A DNA stretch of 64,000 nt from Octopus bimaculoides. Its lineage: Eukaryota. A program made the position numbers and the translations under genes. The stretch covers positions 43,549,034 through 43,613,033 of the forward strand of contig NC_068987.1 of the NCBI RefSeq assembly GCF_001194135.2, in the 5' to 3' direction. This document shows, one piece after another, positions 12,860 to 24,164 of this stretch (its first letter is position 1; the number at the start of each line of letters is the position of its first letter). The notes beneath the pieces are model-generated. The model saw only the letters and a list, made by a program, of their open reading frames with translations, was not told the DNA's origin and made no database searches.

Positions 12860-14130
12860 TGACTTAAACCACTTAAGCCAATAGCCTTAGATTTCATCTG
12901 GCCCTGACAATCTCCAGTTTGGCAGTTTTGATACCTGTGTAATTACATCTTCCATTGTTATGCATACATGATCCTTCCTTGGAGCCTCAGTGTAATGGAG
13001 TTTGGATCTCACAGAATGAATCCACTCAGCACAGTAGTTGTGACAAAACTCTCTTGCTCTCAGACAGTATTCCAAAACTGGTAGGTTTCTTCTGTTTCAG
13101 GAGGTATATTATCTTCTTTCACCACCTAAGTTCTTAAAAAACTGCCTGGTTATTTGTGAATGACCTGTTTTGATGGAACTGTGATATGCGATCAGTATAG
13201 CATTTCACTTGCAATGTTTTTGCCTGAATACGTTCTTTTAGGGGTTTGACAATAGTTTCTATATGATATTTGGATCATTTTTTTATGCAACTCAGATCTT
13301 TACACAAGGTTTTAATATCACCTTTGATTCTCTGCTTCCACCATGGCTCCTTCTGTCTGCCTGATTTCCTCTCTGTTTTTTCCAACCACTTCACATACTA
13401 AAATTGAAGTGGATCTAATCAAGTCCCTTATTTCTGATAGATCTTTCATTGAAATATCCCATTAACCAAAAGGAACCCATTATGGGTTGCACATTTCACA
13501 CTGACACATTCAAAGCATCTTAAATTCACCAGCTCTGTTCCTGCTCTTATAATAATAAATTTCCTCGAGTCATCATTAGATCCTTCTGTTCTTCAATCAT
13601 ATCCTCCGGTAATACAGGGTCATCTACATTATATTGATACCTTTCCCTTCCTCCATACACATCCCTCTCTTTTACTACACTTTCACCTGGCCTATTCATC
13701 TGCTGATCTTCACCTACATTATCCTCCTCAAGGTTATCATTACCACGGAGGCTTTTTCTGATTGTCTGAAGAAAGCCTCTATTCTGAATCATTATCTGAT
13801 TCATGAGCCCATTTTCAGTAACCTGGAACATACCCAGCTGGTTCCAAAGTTCTAATGATCTTTTTCTGATAGCTTTACATAAGCCATTCTTCTTGTGTAG
13901 CAAGGCTTCTTCATGGCACTTAACTGCATTTTTGTTTGTATCAACAAGCCACATGTGTTTGTGAGCATGTTGTATATTTTAACCAGTAAAGAGACCACAA
14001 CTATGTGGAGCCTGGTCTCCCACTCCATTGCCCTCTAAGGGGCTCTTGCTGGGCATAGGAGATCTGGTGTCTTGGACATCCAGGGGAGTCTCCCCATACA
14101 CATTGTTATTTGGATTGGTATTAGTTATCA
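12860..14130 (-). mobile_element. R4/Dong-like (RLE-type) non-LTR retrotransposon, 5' portion
   Basis: N-terminal motif (NKNAVKC...KRSLELW..LGMFQVTENGLMNQI) and KLPNWRLSGPDEI at the start of RT. Confidence 0.7.
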
Positions 14131-14408
14131 TCATTGTAATGAACGAGAGTGATTTTCTACGGAGTTTGCTTCCTGAGTGTATTTAGTCGAGATTTTCATG
14201 AAAAGGATTACCCTAAATATAACGCCAACTCTAACTTAGTTGCTAGCCAAAGATTAAGGATCCCAAGTTTGCCCTGTGTAACTTGCTGCAGGATTCCCAC
14301 AGAAGTAGAGGTTACACTGACATATGCAGGGCAGGGGTGGCACCAATTCCCTGAGCTGTTTTGAGCTGTTCACTGCCACCATCATGATCGTGGTGATGAT
14401 CATCATCA

Positions 14409-14990
14409 AGGCAGTGAACTGGCAGAATTGTTAACATGCTGGACAAAATGTTTAGTGGCATTTTGTTCTTTACATACTGAGTTCAATAATACAGTTCTAT
14501 AGTTAAGAGATGAAGAATTATGTACATTATTTACAATTGACAGATATTTGTCCTCAACAAACAAGATGAGGACAAATATCCATCAATTGTAAATAATGTA
14601 AATAATGTATACTGAGTTCAAATTCCACCAAGATCAACTTTGCTTTTCATCCTTTTGGGGTTAGGTACTGGGGTCGATGTAATTGACTAGCCTGCTCCTA
14701 CCAAATTTCAGGACTTATGTCTATAACAGAAGGATTATTATTATTGTTATCATTATTACTTCTAAGGTGGCAAGCTGGCAAAATTGTTAGCATGCCAGGT
14801 GAAATGTTGCTTAAGGATTTTGCCTAGCTATGTTCTGAGTTCAAATTCTGCTGAGGTCAACTTTGCCTTTCATCCTTTCAGGGTCGATGAAATAAGTACC
14901 AGTTAAGCACTGGGGCTGATGTAACTGACTTATCTTCTCCTTCAAAGTTGCTGGTCTTGTGCTAAAATTTGAAACCATTATTATTATTAC
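14409..14990 (+). mobile_element. two tandem tRNA-derived SINEs (GCCTTTCATCCTTTCGGGGTCGAT central motif); the first is interrupted by an insertion
   Basis: GAGCTGGCAGAA A-box-like and GAGTTCAAATTC B-box-like motifs; same family at 41133-41320, 46800-47040, 34205-34420, 4170-4670. Confidence 0.75.
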
Positions 14991-15368
14991 TTCTAACACT
15001 CGCTGAAAATCTTGTATTTTTGGAGTGCATGTAATCAAATAAATTTACTCACAGAAAATTACTGTAACATGTTAATACAACCATAGTAATTAAAGGATAC
15101 AGTTGAGTTGAAATGAAATCTTTTCACAGGATCATATACCCAAACCTATATCCTTTTACAAAAACTGACTCCTCTATATACTTCCCTTAACCACAATTTC
15201 TTGTTCCTCTCATCAAACCTAACAAGTGTTAGCATCTCTCTCTTTTCCACTCTCACCCCATCACTTCTAAACAGTTCCTATGACCAACTCCCACTCCTTA
15301 TTACTTCCCTTACTGAACAACGAAAAGAACAGTGAACAACAGAAATAATGTTTGTAGTGCAGTTTTAC

Positions 15369-15486
15369 CTTCCTTACGTCTGCCTGGATAGGGAGACACT
15401 GTTTCCCTGTAGCTTTCTCTAGAATATCTGCAGATTTAACCAATTTCTCCAGTTTGCGACTGGCAATCACAGTATCACAGTTGTGT
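15369..15486 (-). CDS. DECR2: DECR2 coding exon 3 (HNCDTVIASRKLEKLVKSADILEKATGKQCLPIQADVRK)
   Basis: tttcag| acceptor, AAG|GTAAAA donor, 118 nt, phase 2-0; IASR and DVR motifs of NADPH-dependent SDRs. Confidence 0.95.
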
Positions 15487-16313
15487 CTGAAATGGAGACA
15501 TAACAGTTGCTGTACAGATATCAAATATTGAAGGGGATATGAGAGTGAAGGGAAATATTTTTTTTTTTTATAATTAAATTTTTGCAATGGTTTAGTGAAG
15601 GGAGAATGAAGGGCAGATCACTAAAACTTTTGGAGAGTATTTTAAAGGGAAAAGGAGGATGAAGCTACAAGTGAAGAGTTGCTATTTACTACAGTCATGG
15701 TATATGGCCATGCTAGTAGTAGTCAGTGGCCATAGGTGAGCCTACCAGCAAGCAGGGCAACATTAAAAGATGTTATTATCAGCACTAAGCTCCAGCCATA
15801 CCTTATATCTAAGGTTTCCATAAGTCAGGTTTTACTTTGCATGTGCATCTGGAAGGGTCTTCAGAGTGATCCATGCAGCAAATCTCTCCTCATTCCATTA
15901 CCAATATCATTCAAGTGAATGATAATAACTGCTGTAGGTGAATTCAGATTGAAAAGTGCCAGAACAAGAACTGGAAGGCATTTAGTTTAGATTTTACCAA
16001 TTCAGTGGCACAAGCATAACATTTTCTTTGGTAGAGGAGAGTGTATCAACCACAATATTGGACTCAGAAGGATGAAAGGCAAAGATGACTCTGGTGAGAT
16101 TTGAACTAAGAAAATAAAGACATTTTATTGAAACCCAAACCATTCTGCCATAGATAACAGAAATAGGCTAACCTTTACAATGATACATATCACTTAAAGG
16201 TTAATAGCTACGTCAAAACTAGGTTAACTTTCATAGTTATAGTAGTCACATAAAGAGGGCTATACAATGACAGTGGAAATAGACCAACTTTCATAAAAAC
16301 CTCAAAAAGAGGG

Positions 16314-19300
16314 TGATATGTATCACCAGCAATTCCTGTTGCAAAGAAACTAATTTCCAGTCATAGTAAAGCGTCTTATAGTGTTATCCATGATATCCTC
16401 GATTCAACGTGTTATTCGAAATGGCCACTCTCTCTCTGATCATCAAATGCGCATGCCCTTTATATCAAGGGAAGTTACCCAAATCATAGCACAATCTGCA
16501 TAACATTCACTCCCTCTTAAAAAAATTTTTTTTAATTTTCATATATCAAGCCTTTTCAGGGCTTTCCAAATTCTTTTGAGATCAATGCAGTTGAGGGGAT
16601 TCTTTTTGTTTAGATTTCAGTTAGATCTCTGTCTGATTCTTGAGGGACCACAAGTGTCTGGGTAAAGTCATCAATTGGGTTAATTTTTCTTGGTGATGCC
16701 AATTGTTTCGTAGATACTGTGGTTTTGCGACCGTCTGGGTAATGAACATGAGTGTATTGGGGGTTAGCTTCAATTAAATGAACTTGGTCAATGGTCATAC
16801 TTTCTATTACGATTGTTCCTTTGCACAAGCACAGGTCCTGGGTTGATAGTTAAAGAGACGTTCATGAAGAGTGGCATTGGTGGACGTACAAAGTAGAGAT
16901 CTGATCGAATGCAACATGTCTGGAAGAACTGTTTCCCATGAAGATACTGGAAGGGCACGAGTTTTCAAAGAGAATAGTACTGATTTCCAAATAATACCAT
17001 TATATCTTTCTACTTGACTGTTCCCAGTGGGATTGTATGGTATCATCCTACTCGTTGCAATGCCCTTACTAAGAAACCATTCTCTCAATTTTGTAGACAT
17101 AAAGGCAGTTCCATGATCGGAATGTACATAACTGGGCATACCAAAAACTGAAAACAAGTCTGTAAAACATCTTATTACAGTCTGAGCTGATGTGTCAGAT
17201 ACTGGATAACTAAACAGAAACTGAAAGTATTCGTCAACAATTGTTAGAAGATAAGGATGCTTTGTGGAAGGAATCAGGCCTTTGAAACTGATTGAAATTC
17301 GTTTGAATGGCTGCGTGGCCTTAATTAAGTTAACTAAGTTTGGTTTATAATTTTGTGGCTTCCTTGACATATAAAGCAATTCCTACAAATTTGTTTCACG
17401 TTCTCCAACAAATATGGAAGATTTCTACTGTGGACAAAATGATGAAGGCGTATTACATAGGATGGCACAGTCATCATCATCATCCATCATCTTATGTCTG
17501 GGTTTTGTCCTTGTTAACGGGGGTGGCCAGATCTATCTCATTGCCATAGCAACTGCCCTCACACCATATTGCCCGGTTTTGGGCATCCTTGTTCTCAAGC
17601 CAACCCTCCTAATCACCTCCTCCACTTGTCCCCTCTACATTTTCCTTGGTCTACCTTGCTTTTGCTGTCCATTTACCTCAAACTCTAGCACCCTCTTCAG
17701 AATATGCTCCTCATCCCTCCTCAACACATGCCCATATCACTGCACTCCATTCACCAGCTGTTCCGCTGATTCCTTCCTTGATGTATCCCCATCAAGTCCT
17801 CAGTCCACCTCCTATCAAACAGCCTCATGCCACACATTTCTCTCTCAGTCCTCCTCAAAATTGCCATCTCTCTCTCACTCAAACACTATGTCTCACTCCC
17901 ATATAGGATTGCAGTTCTCATACAACTCCTATAGACCTTTCCTTCATCTCCAATGAGAACCTTTTCCTATATAACAATGCTCCACATGTCCTGAACTTCA
18001 CCCAGCCAAGTCTTGCTCTTGTTACAGCTGCTTCACAGCTACCCTATCTCTCAAATAACAAAACCCTCTCACCGTCTCCACCTCGTCACATAGTGTGCAT
18101 GTAACTCATAAAGTGAATGTGAATTGATTGCTGAACAGTGTGCACTAGTGAATGCATCTGGAGCAATGTTACTGGATCCTGGGCGATAGTGAATATCATG
18201 AGTATGGAGATAACGCAATGCACCATCTCATAATTTTATCATTTTTAATTTTGCTCATCACTTTATACATGAATGCAACAGAACATTGATCAGTAATTAA
18301 TGTGAAATGTCTACCTAGAAGACAGTGTCTCCAATGATGAATTGATTCGATAATTGCTTGGGCTTCCTTTTCAACAGAGGAGTGGTACAGTTTGCTACCT
18401 TGTAGCATGCGAAAATGGAATGTGACTGGTCTTCCATCTTGATTTAGTGTTGCAGATATAGCAAAATCCAAAGCATCTGTCTCATCAGTAAATGGAATGT
18501 TCTCATCTACTATTTGAATGGCAGCATTAGCTAGTTCTATCTTCAATGACTCAAATGCTTTTACTTGTTGGCTATTTAGAGGAAATTTTGATCCGTTATT
18601 GAGAGGAAATATTTTGTCAGAAAATTTGGAAATCCACTTAGCATAATAAGAAAACATACCGACTATACGTTTTAATGATTTCTGGTCGGTTAGTGTAGGA
18701 AGATTGAGGAGTGGAGCAAGCCTTTCTGGGTTAGCGCTGAGGGTATTGTGTGAGATACAGTATCCAAGAAAGTCAACGGTTGTTGAGCAAACACATTTCT
18801 CTTCATTCATGGTAAGCCCTTCACTTTTTGCTGCTTTTTCAAATTTTTCAAAATTCTTATTGTGATTATTTTGATCTTTCTCACATATGGTTAGATTGCC
18901 TATGAATGGGAATGTATCTTGCAGCCTGTATTTACTCACAAAGTCATCCATTATATGTTGGAAACATGCACTGCCATTAGTTACTCTGAATGGCTTTCTA
19001 GTAGAATGCCACAATTTACCATCAGCTTCAAAGGCAGTGAATTGATGATCTTCCTCTGATAGAGGAATCTGATGGTATGCTGAACATAAGTCTATAGTAT
19101 TGTAGACTTTATACTTGACAATAGTGTTAGCTTACTCATTGATTTTAGGAAGAAGATAGGCATCAAACTGTGTATATTTGTTAATTGTTTCTGAATAGTC
19201 AATCACCATTCTTCGCTTTTTTTTTTCTTGAACAACTAGCACTTGCAATTTCCAAGGAGAGTTACTGGGTTCAAGAGTCTATAAAGTCAGTGAAAGCTCT

Positions 19301-19620
19301 AAACCAATGATTAAAAGTCTTGTCAGCATTTGTGGAGTTTGGGTCGGCATTCAATCTGTTCGGTTTCAAGTATCTTTCCATATTTGGTATCCTTCCCAAC
19401 TTGTACTCGTCTTTTCATAAATTTCTCTCTCTATAGATTATTCAACAACTTCTTCAAGATTTAGAAATTAGTTTCTTTGATTGATATGTATCACCAGTAA
19501 TTCCTGGTTCAAAGAAACTAATTTCCAGTCATAAGCCACAACAGTAAAGTGTCTTATAGTGTTATCCATGATATTCTTGATTCAACGTATGTTATTCAAA
19601 GTGGCTGCTCTGATCATCAA
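16314..19620 (-). mobile_element. Ty3/Gypsy LTR retrotransposon remnant (RT, RNase H, integrase; gag and protease missing)
   Basis: RT (IDYSETINK..FDAY, DLCSAYHQIP), RNase H (TDALDFAISATL, EKEAQAII), integrase (TPYNPxGNSQVERYNG-like); 192-bp 3' LTR 16505-16314 (TGTTATG...CATATCA) after PPT AAGAGGGAGTGAA at 16518-16506; diverged partial 5' LTR 19620-19482. Confidence 0.9.
17470..18092 (-). mobile_element. RTE LINE 3' fragment nested in the Gypsy integrase zinc-finger region
   Basis: GKVYRSCMRTAILYGSET...WYGHVLRRDEEHILKRVLEFEVNG..KQGRPRK; (GAT)n tail; splits ELHAH/LCHP. Confidence 0.8.
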
Positions 19621-19760
19621 TAGGTTAACATTCATAATAACTTCATAAAGAGGACTATACAATGACAGTAAAAATAGGCTAACATTCATTATAACACTGA
19701 CTTCATAAAGAAGGTTAACAATGATACAACCAATCAGTTACTCTCCTTTTTGATACACAC

Positions 19761-19829
19761 CTCATAAAGATCTCAGCGATGGTAAAACATATTCCACTTC
19801 CACCTCCAGTGATGAATGCTACTTTGTTC
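19761..19829 (-). CDS. DECR2: DECR2 coding exon 2 (NKVAFITGGGSGICFTIAEIFM-R), Rossmann glycine-rich motif
   Basis: tttcag| acceptor, AG|GTGTGT donor, 69 nt, phase 2-2; SDR TGGGSGI motif. Confidence 0.95.
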
Positions 19830-19875
19830 CTGAAACAGATAATATATATTTTTAATTATTCACATATACAAGTGT

Positions 19876-19879
<4 letters not shown>

Positions 19880-19913
<34 letters not shown>

Positions 19914-20580
19914 GACGTCACACAGTATACAATATCGTGAGGTTGTTGATTGAAGATATTGTGTCTACTGGGGGTTTGTACTGTTTGTCGAGTCACAATA
20001 GGACCTCAAACAAAGAGTACTTTACACAATATGCATGCAGCTCCAAGTAGTGCCGATTTTTGCAATACATGTAGATTGTAGGGTATTTCTAAGGTTTTCA
20101 GATTGGGTGGTATTGAACCCAATGCACCGATGACAATAGGGATAACCTTTATGTTCGACTCTCATAGCTGTCACATCTTAGTGATCTCAATTCTCAGGTC
20201 TCCATATTTATCAACATTTTCTCTTTCTTTGGTGATGATATGTTAATCTCCTGGCACTGCCACGTCGATTATCAGGCACTCTTGCTTGCCCCTCCTAAAG
20301 GTTATCATATCCAGCCTTTGGTGCTCTAACACCTTAACTGTCTGGAAATCAAAGTCCCAGAGGAATTTTGCCTTCCCCTTTTCCAGTGTATGTTGGTACC
20401 AAACACCTGTAACCTCATATCCATACTTACGGCATAGGAGCCAGCGGATGTTTTGGGCTACCTTGTTGTGTCTACACTTGTACTTTTTCTGCACGAGACA
20501 TTCACAAACACTAACAATGTGAGTCATACTTTTGACCCTCTTCCCACACATTCTGCAGAGGTCTGATGCACTTCTGTGGT
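19880..20580 (-). mobile_element. R4/Dong-like retrotransposon 3' end (CCHC finger, restriction-like endonuclease, (AAT)n tail)
   Basis: CRMC...THIVSVC, RHNKVA, LWDF, IIDVAVPGD, IPIVIGALG, LQKSALLG. Confidence 0.85.
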
Positions 20581-21490
20581 ATATATTATTATTATTATTA
20601 TTATTGTTCAGTAGTTTCATTTTTATAACGTGCTTTCACTTCACTACCGAGCGCAGCTCTGTGCGCCTTGGGTATGTGCTGTGGTTTGCTGTGGTGCTCT
20701 TATGTTTACTGTATTGAAAGTGTTTTGCTTAGAATGTGTGCAGTACCCAGTAGTGCAATTTTCTGTATGTTATATATATTTGTAAGTCCTGGTGTTTTTG
20801 TTATGTATTTNNNNNNNNNNNNNNNNNNNNNNNNNNNNNNNNNNNNNNNNNNNNNNNNNNNNNNNNNNNNNNNNNNNNNNNNNNNNNNNNNNNNNNNNNN
20901 NNNNNNNNNNNNNNNNNNNNNNNNNNNNNNNNNNNNNNNNNNNNNNNNNNNNNNNNNNNNNNNNNNNNNNNNNNNNNNNNNNNNNNNNNNNNNNNNNNNN
21001 NNNNNNNNNNNNNNNNNNNNNNNNNNNNNNNNNNNNNNNNNNNNNNNNNNNNNNNNNNNNNNNNNNNNNNNNNNNNNNNNNNNNNNNNNNNNNNNNNNNN
21101 NNNNNNNNNNNNNNNNNNNNNNNNNNNNNNNNNNNNNNNNNNNNNNNNNNNNNNNNNNNNNNNNNNNNNNNNNNNNNNNNNNNNNNNNNNNNNNNNNNNN
21201 NNNNNNNNNNNNNNNNNNNNNNNNNNNNNNNNNNNNNNNNNNNNNNNNNNNNNNNNNNNNNNNNNNNNNNNNNNNNNNNNNNNNNNNNNNNNNNNNNNNN
21301 NNNNNNNNNNNNNNNNNNNNTAATATGATTTATTGTTTCTTCTCGATCTCCACATATTCTACAGTTACTTGTTATATTTCTTTTCATTATGTGTTTTTGG
21401 TAATTTCTGGTGGGGAGGCTCTGGTCTTGTGCAGCAATTAAAAATCCTTCAGTCTCTGCTTTGAGTCCTGAGTTTCTTGTCTTAGCTTTC
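20581..21490 (-). mobile_element. second R4/Dong-like 3' fragment spanning an N-gap
   Basis: LKAETEGFLIAAQDQSL...CRICGDREETINHI; IQKIALLGTAHIL; (AAT)n tail at 20583-20605. Confidence 0.8.
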
Positions 21491-21569
21491 ACTGCTTATA
21501 CTAAACACATGACATTTTTGCCTTACAATATGGAACATTTTCTTTTCTTTTACTCTTTTTAAAAAATGA

Positions 21570-21810
21570 CACTCTGTTACGATGACAAGGTTCCTGTTTA
21601 TTTGATCAACAGAACAGTCTGCTCGTAAAATTAATATGCAAGTGGCTGAGTACCCCACAGACATGCATATCATAAAGTAGTTCTCAGGGAGATTCAGCTT
21701 CACACAGAATGTAACAAGGCTGGTCCCTTTGAATTACAGCTACAACTCATTTTTGCCAGCTGAACTGACTGCAGCAAGGTGGAGTAGAGAACACAGCGCA
21801 CCGCAGGGAA
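21570..21810 (-). mobile_element. degraded SINE body related to the 32294 element
   Basis: reverse complement matches tgtaattcaaaggg..cagccttgt..cagccacttgca..ttaatttt..gagcag. Confidence 0.65.
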
Positions 21811-22089
21811 TTGTAGTCATGACTTTATGATGATGGGCCAAATGTGACAGAGACAGAGAAAGGAAAGCCTCAGTCATTTACAATGACATTTAGACTGAAA
21901 TACGATTGATCTTTTCTAGCTTCTTTACTTTTAACAATGAAGAAGAGGGAAAGACATTTAGTAATGAATAGAGGGGAAAGGCTTTCAGCTGTTAACGTTT
22001 TTATTCTAGGAGTTCTAGAATGATCAACTGTTAGTTCTCTCTTGTTTCCCCCACCCCCGGTACTTATTCACCTTCTTTCATAGTTCTTC

Positions 22090-23330
22090 ATGTCTTTTAG
22101 TTGGGGGAGAAAGACCATGTTTATTTTTCAGGCATGTTTAACATTTTCTCTACAAACTACAAACAAGTCCCTTCCCTTCNNNNNNNNNNNNNNNNNNNNN
22201 NNNNNNNNNNNNNNNNNNNNNNNNNNNNNNNNNNNNNNNNNNNNNNNNNNNNNNNNNNNNNNNNNNNNNNNNNNNNNNNNNNNNNNNNNNNNNNNNNNNN
22301 NNNNNNNNNNNNNNNNNNNNNNNNNNNNNNNNNNNNNNNNNNNNNNNNNNNNNNNNNNNNNNNNNNNNNNNNNNNNNNNNNNNNNNNNNNNNNNNNNNNN
22401 NNNNNNNNNNNNNNNNNNNNNNNNNNNNNNNNNNNNNNNNNNNNNNNNNNNNNNNNNNNNNNNNNNNNNNNNNNNNNNNNNNNNNNNNNNNNNNNNNNNN
22501 NNNNNNNNNNNNNNNNNNNNNNNNNNNNNNNNNNNNNNNNNNNNNNNNNNNNNNNNNNNNNNNNNNNNNNNNNNNNNNNNNNNNNNNNNNNNNNNNNNNN
22601 NNNNNNNNNNNNNNNNNNNNNNNNNNNNNNNNNNNNNNNNNNNNNNNNNNNNNNNNNNNNNNNNNNNNNNNNNNNNNNNNNNNNNNNNNNNNNNNNNNNN
22701 NNNNNATGCTCTGATTGGCTTCCAGAAATCTGTAATGGACAACACCAATTGCAGACCACCAGACAGTCACCATAATCTTTTGCTGATGCAACTTTGGCTT
22801 TGGGAAATGTTTGGGGGACTCATCACAATCAAGCCATTGACCTGATCGTTTACAGTTATCATAAAGGATCCACTTTTCATCACAAGTGACTATTCAGTCA
22901 AGAAAAGGATCATTGGTGTTTCGCTCATGCAGTACCCAGTTATCGAGCTTTTTCACCTTACCAATCTTCTGCAGATTGCGTGAGACCATTGCAATACTGA
23001 CACCAAGTGTCTGAGAAATTTCTCTGACACTTTGACATGGGTTTTGTTCAACAATTGCTTTCAATTGTTCTTTGTCAAAACTACATGACCATCTTCTACC
23101 TTCATCTTCAAGGCTCTCATCACTACTACGGAATTTCTGAAACCACCTTCGTACTGTGTGATCACTTGTGGACCCCTCTCCCCATGCTCTGTTGATACTG
23201 GCAGCAGTTTGGGAGGCATTTTGCCCAAGCTTGAACTCATGCAAGAAAAGTAAGTGAAGGTCCTTTTTTGTCATGTTCATAATTAAGGGCGCCTATGTTT
23301 CAAGAATGTTTTCTATCTGAAATAAGTAGA
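22090..23330 (-). mobile_element. mariner transposon (Hsmar1/SETMAR-like transposase), interrupted by a gap
   Basis: [70 protein letters not shown]. Confidence 0.9.
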
Positions 23331-24164
23331 AAATTATTAAAGAGCATACATCAATTATTAAGTATGTTGAAATTCATCTCAAATATAATTAAAATACTAT
23401 GATAAAATTGTGTTTCAAAACACAACACTTAGAGCGGCCATTATTCTCAGAACAATCTAATACTACACCCTCGGGCCGACCAAAGCTCATGAGTGAATTT
23501 AGTAGACAGAAACTGAAAGAAGCCTGTCTCATATATATATATATATATATATTTGTGTGTGTATTTGTCAGCTCCCCCACCATTGTTTAATAACCGATGT
23601 TGGTGTGTTTGCATTCCCGTAACTTAGCTGTTCAGCAGAAGAGGCTGAGAGAATACGGGCTAGGCTTACAGGGAATAAGTCCAGGGCTAGATTTCTTTGA
23701 CTAAAGGGTGGTGCTCCAACATGGCTACCATCAAATGATTGAAACAAATAAAAAAATAAAAGAATACCAGAAGAATGTTCTGTACTTCTAAACCAAGTAG
23801 GTTCTTTGAATATGTTCGATGTATTATAAAGCTAAATAGTAATTCTGTTTATGTTTGCATAACTGAGATATTTTGGTTGGATTATATAGTTATTGGTTTA
23901 CACTTCTTTCTGTATTCTGTAACTGTCACAATATAGAAACAGTTCTCATGGCACCAGCACACAATTTACAGATGCTTACATTTTTTATATTTTCTGTGAA
24001 TTTTTCACAGGTCCAGCTAGTGTATATGATTTCAGGATGTTAAAATATGATCTCAGGATGAGCTCCACAGAAACAACAAGGGAGTGTGATGAGCAGTGAT
24101 TCATTATGCACCAGAAAACCTGTCTGTCACAGCAAAAGTAAGGTCCTAAAAGCATTATGTATAT

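Noticed and set aside
12860-20580. Idea that the R4 5' part (13-14 kb) and 3' part (20 kb) are one split element
   Set aside because: DECR2 exons 2 and 3 lie between them, so they must be separate insertions
20668-22845. Long ORFs containing X runs (also at 27.9, 29.9, 38.3, 42.4, 56-58 and 62.6 kb)
   Set aside because: Artefacts of N-gaps; only the flanking residues are informative
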